64,000 nucleotides of DNA from Frondihabitans sucicola (GTDB taxonomy: Bacteria; Actinomycetota; Actinomycetes; Actinomycetales; Microbacteriaceae), in assembly GCF_030296615.1 (NCBI RefSeq), contig NZ_AP027732.1, forward strand, positions 2,545,042-2,609,041, read 5' to 3'. Below are positions 10,698-18,864 of the stretch, piece after piece. The stretch's first letter is position 1; the number at the start of each line of letters is the position of its first letter. The notes under the pieces are model-generated. The model searched no databases and was not told where the DNA came from. It was given only the letters and a program-made list of their open reading frames with translations. Both the position numbers and the translations under genes were made by a program.

Positions 10698-10721
10698 GGC
10701 CTCATTCTGCCAGTCGCATTG

Positions 10722-10760
10722 ACATCTGTCGATGTATCGAGCACAGTCGATGTATTGATT
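10722..10760. promoter_or_regulatory. repeated 12-13 bp near-palindromes (GTCGATGTATCGA / GTCGATGTATTGA) in the divergent arsR / arsO promoter region; candidate ArsR operator
   Basis: seen directly between starts at 10697 (-) and 10785 (+). Confidence 0.4.
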
Positions 10761-10784
10761 GTTGTCGATCCGAGGAGTTTTCCC

Positions 10785-12101
10785 GTGTCTGATCTTCCCG
10801 TTGTCGTCATCGGCGCCGGCCCGCAGGGCCTTGCCGCTGCCGCCCACCTTCTCGAACGTGGCCTTGACCCCCTGGTACTCGAAGCTGGCGACGGCCCGGC
10901 GGCCGCTGTGAATGAGTGGGGCCACGTCCGGCTGTTTTCGGACTGGTCAGAACTCGTCGACACCACGGCCGGCCGGCTGCTTGAAGGAACCGGATGGACG
11001 GCTCCGGCGAAGGGCTACCCGACCGGAGCGCAGTGGATCAGCCGCTACCTCTCGCCTCTCGCTGAGGCGTTGGGTGACCGGGTGCGGTACGGCACCACCG
11101 TGACTGGTATCGGTCGGCAGGGCCGTGACCGGCTGGTGGATGCGGGCCGAAGCGAGCAGCCCTTCACCGTTCACGTCAACGCCGGCGGGACCGAGGAACG
11201 CATCACCGCTCGTGCTGTCATCGACGCGTCGGGAACCTGGTCGACCCCGAACCCGCTGGGCGCCGACGGTCTCCCCGCCCTCGGCGAGAAGGCAGCGGCC
11301 GCGTTCATCTCCGATCGCATCCCTGACTTCCACGACCATGACCGGTTCGCCGGCAAACACACGGTCGTCGTGGGCAGTGGGCACTCCGCGGCGACCGCGA
11401 TCAACGAACTCACCCGCGTCGCCAAACAGCACCCCGATACCCGCATCACATGGGTCCTTCGTCGAGGTGGCGTTGGGAACACATTCGGTGGCGGCACGGC
11501 CGACGAGCTGCCCGAGCGCGGAGCCCTCGGCGCTCGTGCGCAGAAGTCCGTCGAGGCGGGGATCGTGGATCTCGTCACCGGGTTCCGCGTCGAACGAATC
11601 AACACCACCGACACCGGCGCCGTCCTCATCTCCGAAGACGGACGCGCCCTGCCCGAGGCAGACCTCGTCGTCGCCCTGACCGGGTTCCGACCCGACCTGT
11701 CGTTCCTGTCGGAGGTGCGCCTCGAGCTGGATGCCACGTTGCAGGCACCCATCCGAATCGCGGCGGAGGTCGACCCCAACGTACATAGCTGCGGGTCCGT
11801 CCGAGCCACCGGAGCTGCGGACCTGGCACAACCGGAACAGGATTTCTACCTCGTCGGCGCGAAGTCCTACGGCCGCGCGCCCACGTTCCTGGCGATGACC
11901 GGATACGAGCAGATCCGCAGCGTCGTCGCGGAACTGGCCGGCGACCACGAGGCCGCCGCCCGCATCGACCTCATCCTCCCTGACACCGGCGTGTGTGGCG
12001 GGGCAGGGTTGTTCGACGACCCCACCGGCGCCAGAGGCGGCGCCTGCTGCGCCCCTGCATCGACACTTCTGCAGATCGGCCGTGCCCCCGTCACCGCTTG
12101 A
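10785..12101 (+). CDS. FAD/NAD(P)-binding oxidoreductase (ArsO-like flavin monooxygenase family found in actinobacterial ars clusters)
   Basis: GTG start 8 nt after a GAGGAG RBS; VVVIGAGPQGLAAAAHLLERG dinucleotide-binding motif, second GxGxxA (VVVGSGHSAATAI). Confidence 0.65.
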   Translation: MSDLPVVVIGAGPQGLAAAAHLLERGLDPLVLEAGDGPAAAVNEWGHVRLFSDWSELVDTTAGRLLEGTGWTAPAKGYPTGAQWISRYLSPLAEALGDRVRYGTTVTGIGRQGRDRLVDAGRSEQPFTVHVNAGGTEERITARAVIDASGTWSTPNPLGADGLPALGEKAAAAFISDRIPDFHDHDRFAGKHTVVVGSGHSAATAINELTRVAKQHPDTRITWVLRRGGVGNTFGGGTADELPERGALGARAQKSVEAGIVDLVTGFRVERINTTDTGAVLISEDGRALPEADLVVALTGFRPDLSFLSEVRLELDATLQAPIRIAAEVDPNVHSCGSVRATGAADLAQPEQDFYLVGAKSYGRAPTFLAMTGYEQIRSVVAELAGDHEAAARIDLILPDTGVCGGAGLFDDPTGARGGACCAPASTLLQIGRAPVTA

Positions 12102-12116
12102 GCGAACCAGTCGCCG

Positions 12117-12791
12117 CTAGGCGGGGGCGAGACGGGGCGCAAGTTCCTGGATGCGGTGTTCGAGGTCCGTGAAAGCGGCCTCGAATGCCGCATCCGTGCC
12201 CAGACGGACAGGGTCGGGGATCGACCAGTGCAGCCCGGACGGGACGGAGAGTTCCTCATGGGCGTTGTCGCAGACCGTGACCACGAAGTCATCCGGCGCG
12301 AGAACGTCAGAGAGCATTTGCGGGGTGGCCTCTTGCAGGTTCAGGTGGTGCCGCTTCGCTGCCCGGATAGCGCCCGGTTCGACGCGCTCGGCGGGGTGAG
12401 TTCCCCCGGATGCGGCAGGGATACTGCTGGCGCTGGCCCACAGCGCTGCGGCGAGCTGTGACCGGGCGGAGTTCCCGGTGCAAACGAACACAACCCGGTG
12501 GCCGGCGACCGAGGATGTCGGAGTCAGCCCCGACAAGGAACCTGGGGCGAGGTGGAGATAGCTGCGCCTGCGGTCGCCCTCTGACCGGACCCGAACCAGA
12601 ATGCCCACGCCTTCCAGCACCTTCAGGTGATGCGCCACGAGGTTCGAGGGCATGCCGAGCTGCTGGCTCATGTCGGTCGGGGAGACATCCCCAAGGGTTA
12701 ACAGGTCGACGATCCGTAGGCGTGCCGGATCGGCCAGGGCGGCATGTTTCGCAGCCCGCGCCTCGATCATCTCTGTTAGCTCAGCGTTCAT
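12117..12791 (-). CDS. arsC: ArsR HTH fused to LMW-PTP-type arsenate reductase (ArsR-ArsC fusion)
   Basis: N-terminus RLRIVDLLTLGDVSPTDMSQQLGMPSNLVAHHLKVLEGVGIL (ArsR HTH); C-terminus VVFVCTGNSARSQLAAALW (CX5R P-loop of LMW phosphatase/ArsC). Confidence 0.8.
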   Translation of the reverse strand: MNAELTEMIEARAAKHAALADPARLRIVDLLTLGDVSPTDMSQQLGMPSNLVAHHLKVLEGVGILVRVRSEGDRRRSYLHLAPGSLSGLTPTSSVAGHRVVFVCTGNSARSQLAAALWASASSIPAASGGTHPAERVEPGAIRAAKRHHLNLQEATPQMLSDVLAPDDFVVTVCDNAHEELSVPSGLHWSIPDPVRLGTDAAFEAAFTDLEHRIQELAPRLAPA

Positions 12792-12831
12792 TACCTCAAT
12801 CTTGACTGAGGTACCGTCTTGGCGTCAAGAT

Positions 12832-13587
12832 GTGCAAGTGCCCTTCTTGACCCCGATCCCACGCACCGATCTCCTGCGCCGCCTGCTGGCGGAGCTGCTC
12901 GGGACGGCTCTTCTGGTGACGGTCGTTGTCGGTTCGGGGATCATGGCCCAGCAGCTCAGCCCGCGCGACGTCGGGCTGCAACTGCTGGAGAACAGCCTCG
13001 CTACCGCTTTCGGCCTGACGGTTCTGATCCTGATGCTCGGTCCGATCTCGGGGGCGCACTTCAACCCGGTGGTCACGCTGGCGGACTGGGCTCTTGGCCG
13101 TCGCACCCGCACCGGGCTCCGTTCAGCGATGGTCCTTCCCTACGTTGTCGCGCAGGTCGTTGGGGCGATCCTCGGAGCAGTCCTGGCGAACACCATGTTC
13201 GACACCCGCACGACCATCGCAACCACGCACCGCGCCACTGGCGGGCATCTCCTCGGGGAGATCGTCGCCACGGCAGGGCTGATCCTGGTGATCTTTGCCC
13301 TCGCACGCACCGGCCGCGGGGCCCTGGCTGCTCCTGCGGTCGGGGCGTACATCGGGGCGGCGTATTGGTTCACCAGCTCGACTTCGTTCGCGAACCCTGC
13401 CGTGACCATCGGCCGGATCTTCACCGACACCTTCGCCGGCATCGCCCCCACCTCCGCCCCCGCCTTCATCGGCGTCCAGCTGGTGGGAGCCGCGGTCGGC
13501 TGTGCCCTGCTTCTCGTTCTCTATCCCGACGTCGCCCGGTCCGCCGACGACGTCGTCATCCCGCACCTCGACCAGGCGTCCGCCTGA
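12832..13587 (+). CDS. aquaporin/aquaglyceroporin (MIP family) arsenite channel
   Basis: two NPA boxes (SGAHFNPVVT and SFANPAVT); six TM helices; GTG start after the divergent arsRC start. Confidence 0.8.
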   Translation: MQVPFLTPIPRTDLLRRLLAELLGTALLVTVVVGSGIMAQQLSPRDVGLQLLENSLATAFGLTVLILMLGPISGAHFNPVVTLADWALGRRTRTGLRSAMVLPYVVAQVVGAILGAVLANTMFDTRTTIATTHRATGGHLLGEIVATAGLILVIFALARTGRGALAAPAVGAYIGAAYWFTSSTSFANPAVTIGRIFTDTFAGIAPTSAPAFIGVQLVGAAVGCALLLVLYPDVARSADDVVIPHLDQASA

Positions 13588-13608
13588 CCCGCCCCGAAAG
13601 GCCCTCTC

Positions 13609-14991
13609 ATGCATCTCGTTGCCATCGGCGGATCGGACGCCGGCATCTCCGCCGCCCTCCGCGCCCGCGAACTCGACCCGTCCGTAGACGTGACCGTGGT
13701 CGTCGCGGACGCTTACCCGAACTTCTCCATCTGCGGGATTCCGTACTTCTTCTCCCGCGAAGTGCAGCCCTGGCAGTCCCTCGCTCACCGCACCCATGCC
13801 GACCTCGAAGCGACCGGGATGAACCTCCGGTTGGAGACGTTCGCGACGTCGATCGACGTCGTAGGTCACCGCCTCGCCGTCCGCGCCCTCGACGGCACCG
13901 GATCCCTCATCGCCTACGACGCCCTCATGGTCGGCACCGGGGCGCTGCCCTCCCGCGCCGGCATCGACGGCCTCGACATCCTGGGGCCGGACGACGGGGT
14001 GCACGTCATCCACTCCATGGGCGACACCTTCGCCCTCGACCGGTTCCTCGAGACCCGGAACCCTGAGACCGCGATCATCGTCGGCGCCGGCTACGTGGGC
14101 CTTGAAATGGCGGAAGCGTTCACCGTCCGCGGCATCAAGACGACCCAGATTCAGCGCGGTCCGGAAGTGCTCTCCACCCTCGACCCCGAACTCGGCGCCC
14201 TCGTTCACACTGAACTCACCGACCACGGCGTCACCGTCCTCACGGACACCATCGTGAACCGCATCGACAAAACCGGCGACAGCCTCACCGTCAGCGCCAC
14301 CCACCAGGGCACCCCCGTCACCCACACGGCCGACGTTGTCCTGGTTGTCGTCGGGGTCCGCCCGAACACGGACCTCCTCGAGCGCGCCGGCGCGACGCTT
14401 GGTGCTGGCCGGGCGGTCGTCGTCGACGACACGATGCGGACGGGTCTTCCCGACGTGTTCGCGGCCGGTGACGGGGTCACCACCCACCACCGCCTCCTCG
14501 GCTTGACGTATCTCCCTCTCGGGACGACGGCTCACAAGCAGGGCCGCGTCGCCGGCGAGAACGCCCTCGGTGGCACCGCCCGGTTCGCGGGATCCGTCGG
14601 CACTCAGGTCGTGAAAGTGTTCGACCTCGTCGCCTCCCGGACCGGCCTTCGCGAACACGAAGCCGCCGCTGCCGGGTTCGCCCCCGTCAGCACGACCGCG
14701 ATCGCGGATGACCACAAGAAGTACTACCCGGGCGCGCAACCGATCTCGATCCGCGTCACCGGCGACAGCCGCGACGGCAAACTCCTCGGCGCTCAGCTCG
14801 TCGGCCGTCTTGGCACCGAGACCGCCAAACGCGTCGACACGTACGCCGTCGCCTTGCACGCCGGCCTCACCGTGGAGCAGGTCAGCGAACTCGACCTCTC
14901 CTACACACCACCGCTCGGTTCCCCGTGGGACGCGGTGCAGATCGCCACCCAGGCATGGTCCCGCGAGCACCGCCAGGCGGTGACCGCATGA
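13609..14991 (+). CDS. FAD-dependent pyridine nucleotide-disulfide oxidoreductase (NADH oxidase / CoA-disulfide reductase-like)
   Basis: MHLVAIGGSDAGISAAL...IIVGAGYVGLEMAEAF...AAGDGV; 460 aa two-Rossmann architecture. Confidence 0.75.
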   Translation: MHLVAIGGSDAGISAALRARELDPSVDVTVVVADAYPNFSICGIPYFFSREVQPWQSLAHRTHADLEATGMNLRLETFATSIDVVGHRLAVRALDGTGSLIAYDALMVGTGALPSRAGIDGLDILGPDDGVHVIHSMGDTFALDRFLETRNPETAIIVGAGYVGLEMAEAFTVRGIKTTQIQRGPEVLSTLDPELGALVHTELTDHGVTVLTDTIVNRIDKTGDSLTVSATHQGTPVTHTADVVLVVVGVRPNTDLLERAGATLGAGRAVVVDDTMRTGLPDVFAAGDGVTTHHRLLGLTYLPLGTTAHKQGRVAGENALGGTARFAGSVGTQVVKVFDLVASRTGLREHEAAAAGFAPVSTTAIADDHKKYYPGAQPISIRVTGDSRDGKLLGAQLVGRLGTETAKRVDTYAVALHAGLTVEQVSELDLSYTPPLGSPWDAVQIATQAWSREHRQAVTA

Positions 14992-15380
14992 CCGACAAGC
15001 CCACCGTCTTGTTCATCTGCCAGCACAACGCCGGCCGCTCCCAACTCGGCGCAGCCCTCCTCGAACACCTCGCCGGAAACGACTACACGGTCACCTCAGC
15101 GGGGATCGCGCCCGACAAGACAGTGAACCCGGCCGTCGCGGCGAGTATCGCGGAGCTGGGGATGGACATCAGCCAGCGGGAACCGCGGGCCGTCACCGTC
15201 ACCGACCTCCAAGAGGCCGACGTCGTCGTCCTCATGAAGCCTGGCCTAGTCTTGCCGAGCACGCCCGCGGGACGGGTGTTGGAGTGGTCCTTCCCGAATC
15301 CGGAGAACTGGGACGTGGACTCCGTCCGGCCCTTGAGGGAAGCGGTCGCGGCGCGCATCACCTCCGACCTGTTCGCCTGA
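14988..15380 (+). CDS. arsC: arsenate reductase, LMW protein-tyrosine-phosphatase family
   Basis: MTDKPTVLFICQHNAGRSQLGAALLE (CX5R); ATGA overlap with the upstream gene. Confidence 0.8.
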   Translation: MTDKPTVLFICQHNAGRSQLGAALLEHLAGNDYTVTSAGIAPDKTVNPAVAASIAELGMDISQREPRAVTVTDLQEADVVVLMKPGLVLPSTPAGRVLEWSFPNPENWDVDSVRPLREAVAARITSDLFA

Positions 15381-15400
15381 CGCTATGACCTGGAGGGGAG

Positions 15401-16069
15401 CTAGTCGTCCTCTTCCGCTTCGCGTTCACCGGTCAGCACGGATACGGGAACGGTGCAGCTGTCGCCCTTCCATGCCTCGACGCCTTCTTTGACGGCGAAG
15501 CCGACGACGACGAGGGCTGCGATGGGGTCGGCCCAGGTCCACCCGAACAAGCTGTTGAGCAGGAGCCCGACGAGGACCGCCGCGGACAGGTAGGCGCAGA
15601 TGAGGGTCTGTTTGGAGTCGGCGATCGCGGACGCCGATCCCAGTTCTCGTCCGGTGCGGCGTTCGGCAAGGCTCAGGGCAGGCATGATCAGCAAGCTGAT
15701 GACGGTGAGGACGATGCCGATGGGGCTGTGCTCGGCCTGACGGACGCCTGTTAGCGACAGGGCGGCGTCGATGGTGACGTAGATCGCGAGAGCAAAGAAC
15801 GAAATTGCGATGACGCGGAGGGCGGTCCGCTCCCTGGCCTCGGGATCGCGGGCGGTGAATTGCCAGGCGATTGCCGCGGCGGAGAGGACTTCGACGATGG
15901 AATCTAGGCCGAAGCCGACGAGGGCTGCGGAGGAGGCCATGGTACCGGCGGTGATCGCGACGACCGCCTCGATGGCGTTGTAGGTGATGGTCGCCGCGAC
16001 GATCAGCCGTATCCGGCGGCGTAAGATCCGGGTACGAGGCGGGACAGCGAGGGCTTCGGTGCTGGTCAT
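15401..16069 (-). CDS. cation diffusion facilitator-like membrane protein (short form lacking the cytoplasmic domain)
   Basis: TM protein with LVGFGLDSIVEV, ADSKQT, WADPIAALVV motifs typical of the CDF TM core; ATG overlaps the upstream CDF stop. Confidence 0.6.
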   Translation of the reverse strand: MTSTEALAVPPRTRILRRRIRLIVAATITYNAIEAVVAITAGTMASSAALVGFGLDSIVEVLSAAAIAWQFTARDPEARERTALRVIAISFFALAIYVTIDAALSLTGVRQAEHSPIGIVLTVISLLIMPALSLAERRTGRELGSASAIADSKQTLICAYLSAAVLVGLLLNSLFGWTWADPIAALVVVGFAVKEGVEAWKGDSCTVPVSVLTGEREAEEDD

Positions 16070-16998
16070 GCGTGGTCCGTTCCGGGTTCGTGGGCGGTGT
16101 GGCCGGCGGGTTCGAGTTGGAAGGTGCTGTGCTCGACGTCGAAATGGCCGACCAGGCACGCTTGCAGTTCGTCGAGGACTCGGGGTGCGTGGCCGTCCTG
16201 GAAGCACTCGTCCGTCAGGGTCACGTGCGCTGACAGGGCGGGGAGGTCCGAGGTGACGGTCCACGCGTGGAGGTCGTGGATTGCGAGAACGTGGGCGGGT
16301 TCGAGTAGGTGCCCTCGGATGGCGTCAAGGTCCACACCTTCTGGGGTGCCCTCGAGGAGGATGCGGCCGGAGTCTTTCAGCAGCCCCCACGCCGCATGCA
16401 GCATCAAGACCACAACGATCAGGGAGGCGATGGAGTCGGCGCGGGTGAAGCCGGTGACGAGGATGACGATCCCGGCGACGACGGTGGCGATGAACCCATA
16501 CAGGTCGGTGAGGATGTGCTGGAAGGACCCTTCGACGTTCAGGCTCTGACGGTTGGCTTTCGCTAGCACCCACACGGCGACGAGGTTCACGGCCACTCCG
16601 AGGAGCGCGACGACGAGGACCGGGCCGCCTTCGACCTCGGGTGGGTCGAGGAGGCGTCGGATGGCTTCGACGGCGACGATGCCACTGATGACGACGAGGG
16701 TGACGCCATTCACCGCGGCGGAGAGGATCTCGGCGCGCTTCAGCCCGAATGTCCACCTTGAGCTGCTGGGGCGGGCAGCGAGTCGGATCGCGACGAGCGA
16801 CCCGGCGAGGGCGGCGGCGTCGGTGAGCATGTGACCGGCGTCCGAGAGCAGTGCCAGCGAGCCGGAGATGATGGCGACGATGACCTCGATGAGGAGGAAA
16901 CCGACGATCAGGGCCAGGGCGATGCTGAGGAGCCGGGTGTTCGCGTCGGGGGCGGCCCCGTGGCTGTGTGCTTTGTCGTGCTGGTGGGTGTCGGTCAC
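16066..16998 (-). CDS. cation diffusion facilitator (CDF) family metal efflux transporter (CzcD/ZitB-like)
   Basis: His-rich N-terminus THQHDKAHSHG, LLSDAGHMLTDAAALAGSL, C-terminal cytoplasmic domain; GTG start overlaps the regulator stop (GTGA). Confidence 0.8.
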   Translation of the reverse strand: MTDTHQHDKAHSHGAAPDANTRLLSIALALIVGFLLIEVIVAIISGSLALLSDAGHMLTDAAALAGSLVAIRLAARPSSSRWTFGLKRAEILSAAVNGVTLVVISGIVAVEAIRRLLDPPEVEGGPVLVVALLGVAVNLVAVWVLAKANRQSLNVEGSFQHILTDLYGFIATVVAGIVILVTGFTRADSIASLIVVVLMLHAAWGLLKDSGRILLEGTPEGVDLDAIRGHLLEPAHVLAIHDLHAWTVTSDLPALSAHVTLTDECFQDGHAPRVLDELQACLVGHFDVEHSTFQLEPAGHTAHEPGTDHA

Positions 16999-17400
16999 TG
17001 GTCGGTTCCGGTGGTCTCGGGGTGGATCGCGACCGTGTGACCGGTGTGGGTGAGCCCGAGGTCGAGGAGCATCCGGACGTGGCCGTCGTCGAGGCGGTAG
17101 TACGCCATCCGCCCACGACGTGCGACCGACACCACCCGGTGCGCCCGAAGGAGCCGGAGTGCGTGACTGACAGAGCTTTCGCTCATCGCCGTTGTCGCCG
17201 CGAGATCGCACACACATCTCACCGCCTTCGAGAAGAGACATCAGAAGGCGAAGCCGGCCTGGGTCGCCGAGAAGAGAGAACACGTCCGCCAGCTCGACGA
17301 CGTCTTCCGCGTCGGGCAGGCTGCGTCGAACCAGGTCGACCTTGTCCGGGTCGACCATCTTCAGCTCGCAACTATCGATGCTCGCCAGATCGCTCGCCAT
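16995..17400 (-). CDS. ArsR/SmtB family metalloregulator (NmtR/KmtR/CzrA-like) with a 2-bp frameshift inside a (TG)n run at ~17213
   Basis: DVFSLLGDPGRLRLLMSLLEGGEMCV then CDLAATTAMSESSVSHALRLLRAHRVVSVARRGRMAYYRLDDGHVRMLLDLGLTHTGHTVAIHPETTG; restoring TG in ATGTGTGTG(TG)CGAT joins the frames. Confidence 0.7.
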
Positions 17401-17533
17401 GCCGACTCCTCATCTGATCACTTGTTCAGATGACCGTAACAGGCCGACGAGCCCTAGTCACGCAGCCGCCCCTTGCAGGTCAGTCTGAATTCATGTCACA
17501 ATGGTCCTGCGCTTTTAGCGCGTGAAAAACAGC

Positions 17534-17560
17534 CGGCCCTTGGGTCGGTTTTTTTGTGCC
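17534..17560 (+). terminator. intrinsic-terminator-like hairpin plus U7 (CCGGCCC-UUG-GGUCGG-UUUUUUU) with no protein gene upstream on this strand
   Basis: seen directly; 7-bp stem with one G.U pair then T7. Confidence 0.4.
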
Positions 17561-17726
17561 CGAAAACGGTCGCCTCTTTGCGCCATCGGTCAGCACACCC
17601 ACCGCGAGGCCACCGCACCGGCGGCACCTCGCTGTTCTCGCCCGCGAGAAACATCAGCCTCGGACCCGCACGCCGCGAGGTTCGTGAGCCGACCCCTGGG
17701 TCGGCAGCATCAACGGTGGAGGTTCC

Positions 17727-17900
17727 ATGCTCCAGCTGTCGATTGAGATCCCTGCTGCCGCGGGCTACGCAATCGGATTCGCCGTCGCAACAGGCATCAT
17801 CGCGACCGCCATCCGTACCGCGTGGCCCGTGCTGAACGACAAGGCTGCACGCCGCGTCGCTCGCATGCACCGGGCGAAAGCCGCTCGCAAGAGCGACTAG
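17727..17900 (+). CDS. small hydrophobic protein (57 aa), hypothetical
   Basis: GGAGG 6 nt upstream of ATG; MLQLSIEIPAAAGYAIGFAVATGIIATAIRTAWPVLNDKAARRVARMHRAKAARKSD (one TM helix + basic tail); below the ORF-track size cutoff. Confidence 0.35.
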   Translation: MLQLSIEIPAAAGYAIGFAVATGIIATAIRTAWPVLNDKAARRVARMHRAKAARKSD

Positions 17901-18070
17901 CTCAAAAAACGCACCCCTCCATCGTTAAGGAGAGCTCTGTCTTCAGGTGTGCAACAAACGACCGTCCACGAGACAGTCACGCAGAGCTGCTCAAGAGTCG
18001 GCGCGTCATGTCCCATGGCCCGTGTCCGCGACCTATGTTCCGTAAGACACGTTCGAGGTACAGTTCTGCC

Positions 18071-18637
18071 ATGGCATCCGTCGGCTACGCCCGCGTCTCC
18101 ACCCAAGAGCAGAACCTCGACGCACAAACGGACGCCCTCGAGGCGGCCGCCTGCGACAAGGTGTTCGTCGAGCATGCCTCCGGGGTTCTCGCGAAACGGC
18201 CCGCCCTGGATGATGCCCTCGACTACCTCCGCGAAGGCGACACTCTAGTCGTCACGAAACTCGACCGACTCGGCCGCTCCGTCCGGAACCTGAAAGAGAT
18301 CGCTAACGGACTCGAGCGCCGCGGCGTTGGCCTCAGAGCCCTGTCGCAGGGCATCGACACGACCACCCCCGGCGGCCGGCTGTTCTTCCACATGCTCGCG
18401 GCCATTGCGGAGTTCGAGCACGACCTCATCGTCGAACGCACGAAGGACGGTTTAGCTGCCGCCCGAGCCCGCGGCCGAAAAGGCGGCGGGCGTTCAAAGA
18501 TGACCGCCACGAAAGCCAAGCAGGCCCGAGCGATGTACGACGAGAAGACCTATACCGTCCAGCAGATTGCTGACACCTTCGGCGTCTCACGCGGCACCAT
18601 CTACCGGCACCTCGAAGAAGACATCAGCTCCATTTAG
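18071..18637 (+). CDS. serine recombinase (resolvase/invertase, Hin/Gin/Pin family)
   Basis: MASVGYARVSTQEQNLDAQTDALE... catalytic Ser in YARVST; C-terminal HTH YTVQQIADTFGVSRGTIYRHL. Confidence 0.85.
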   Translation: MASVGYARVSTQEQNLDAQTDALEAAACDKVFVEHASGVLAKRPALDDALDYLREGDTLVVTKLDRLGRSVRNLKEIANGLERRGVGLRALSQGIDTTTPGGRLFFHMLAAIAEFEHDLIVERTKDGLAAARARGRKGGGRSKMTATKAKQARAMYDEKTYTVQQIADTFGVSRGTIYRHLEEDISSI

Positions 18638-18715
18638 CCCGAGGACCGCTCCACATCACGAGCGTCCGCGAAGGCCTTAAGTGGGTTCCGCTTGAGTGCC
18701 CTAGTGGGTCCGAGA

Positions 18716-18772
18716 CACTTTGACATAGTCGTCTTTCGCTTCACGTTCACCCGTCAGCACGGACACAGGTCC
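18716..18772 (-). pseudogene. 3'-terminal remnant (~17 codons) of a paralogue of the short CDF gene 15401-16069
   Basis: translates MPLGPVSVLTGEREAKDDY..., matching the ...CTVPVSVLTGEREAEEDD end of 15401-16069; nucleotide similarity to 15404-15460; upstream part replaced by lower-GC DNA. Confidence 0.5.
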
Positions 18773-18864
18773 AAGCGGCATGAAAAACACACATCGAGAG
18801 ACAAGCGGGAACCGGCCAATCGACGTGGCAATCCTGCGGGCTATCCATATCTGGACTTACGACA

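Noticed and set aside
12819-14970. Long overlapping ORFs (12819-14066 +, 13123-14970 -) over the aquaglyceroporin and oxidoreductase genes
   Set aside because: Alternative-frame/antisense read-through typical of 70% GC DNA; highly biased R/P/G composition; the genuine genes have clear family motifs.
17900-18070. res/hix-like crossover site upstream of the serine recombinase
   Set aside because: I could not find a convincing 26-28-bp imperfect palindrome by eye; left as a check rather than a claim.
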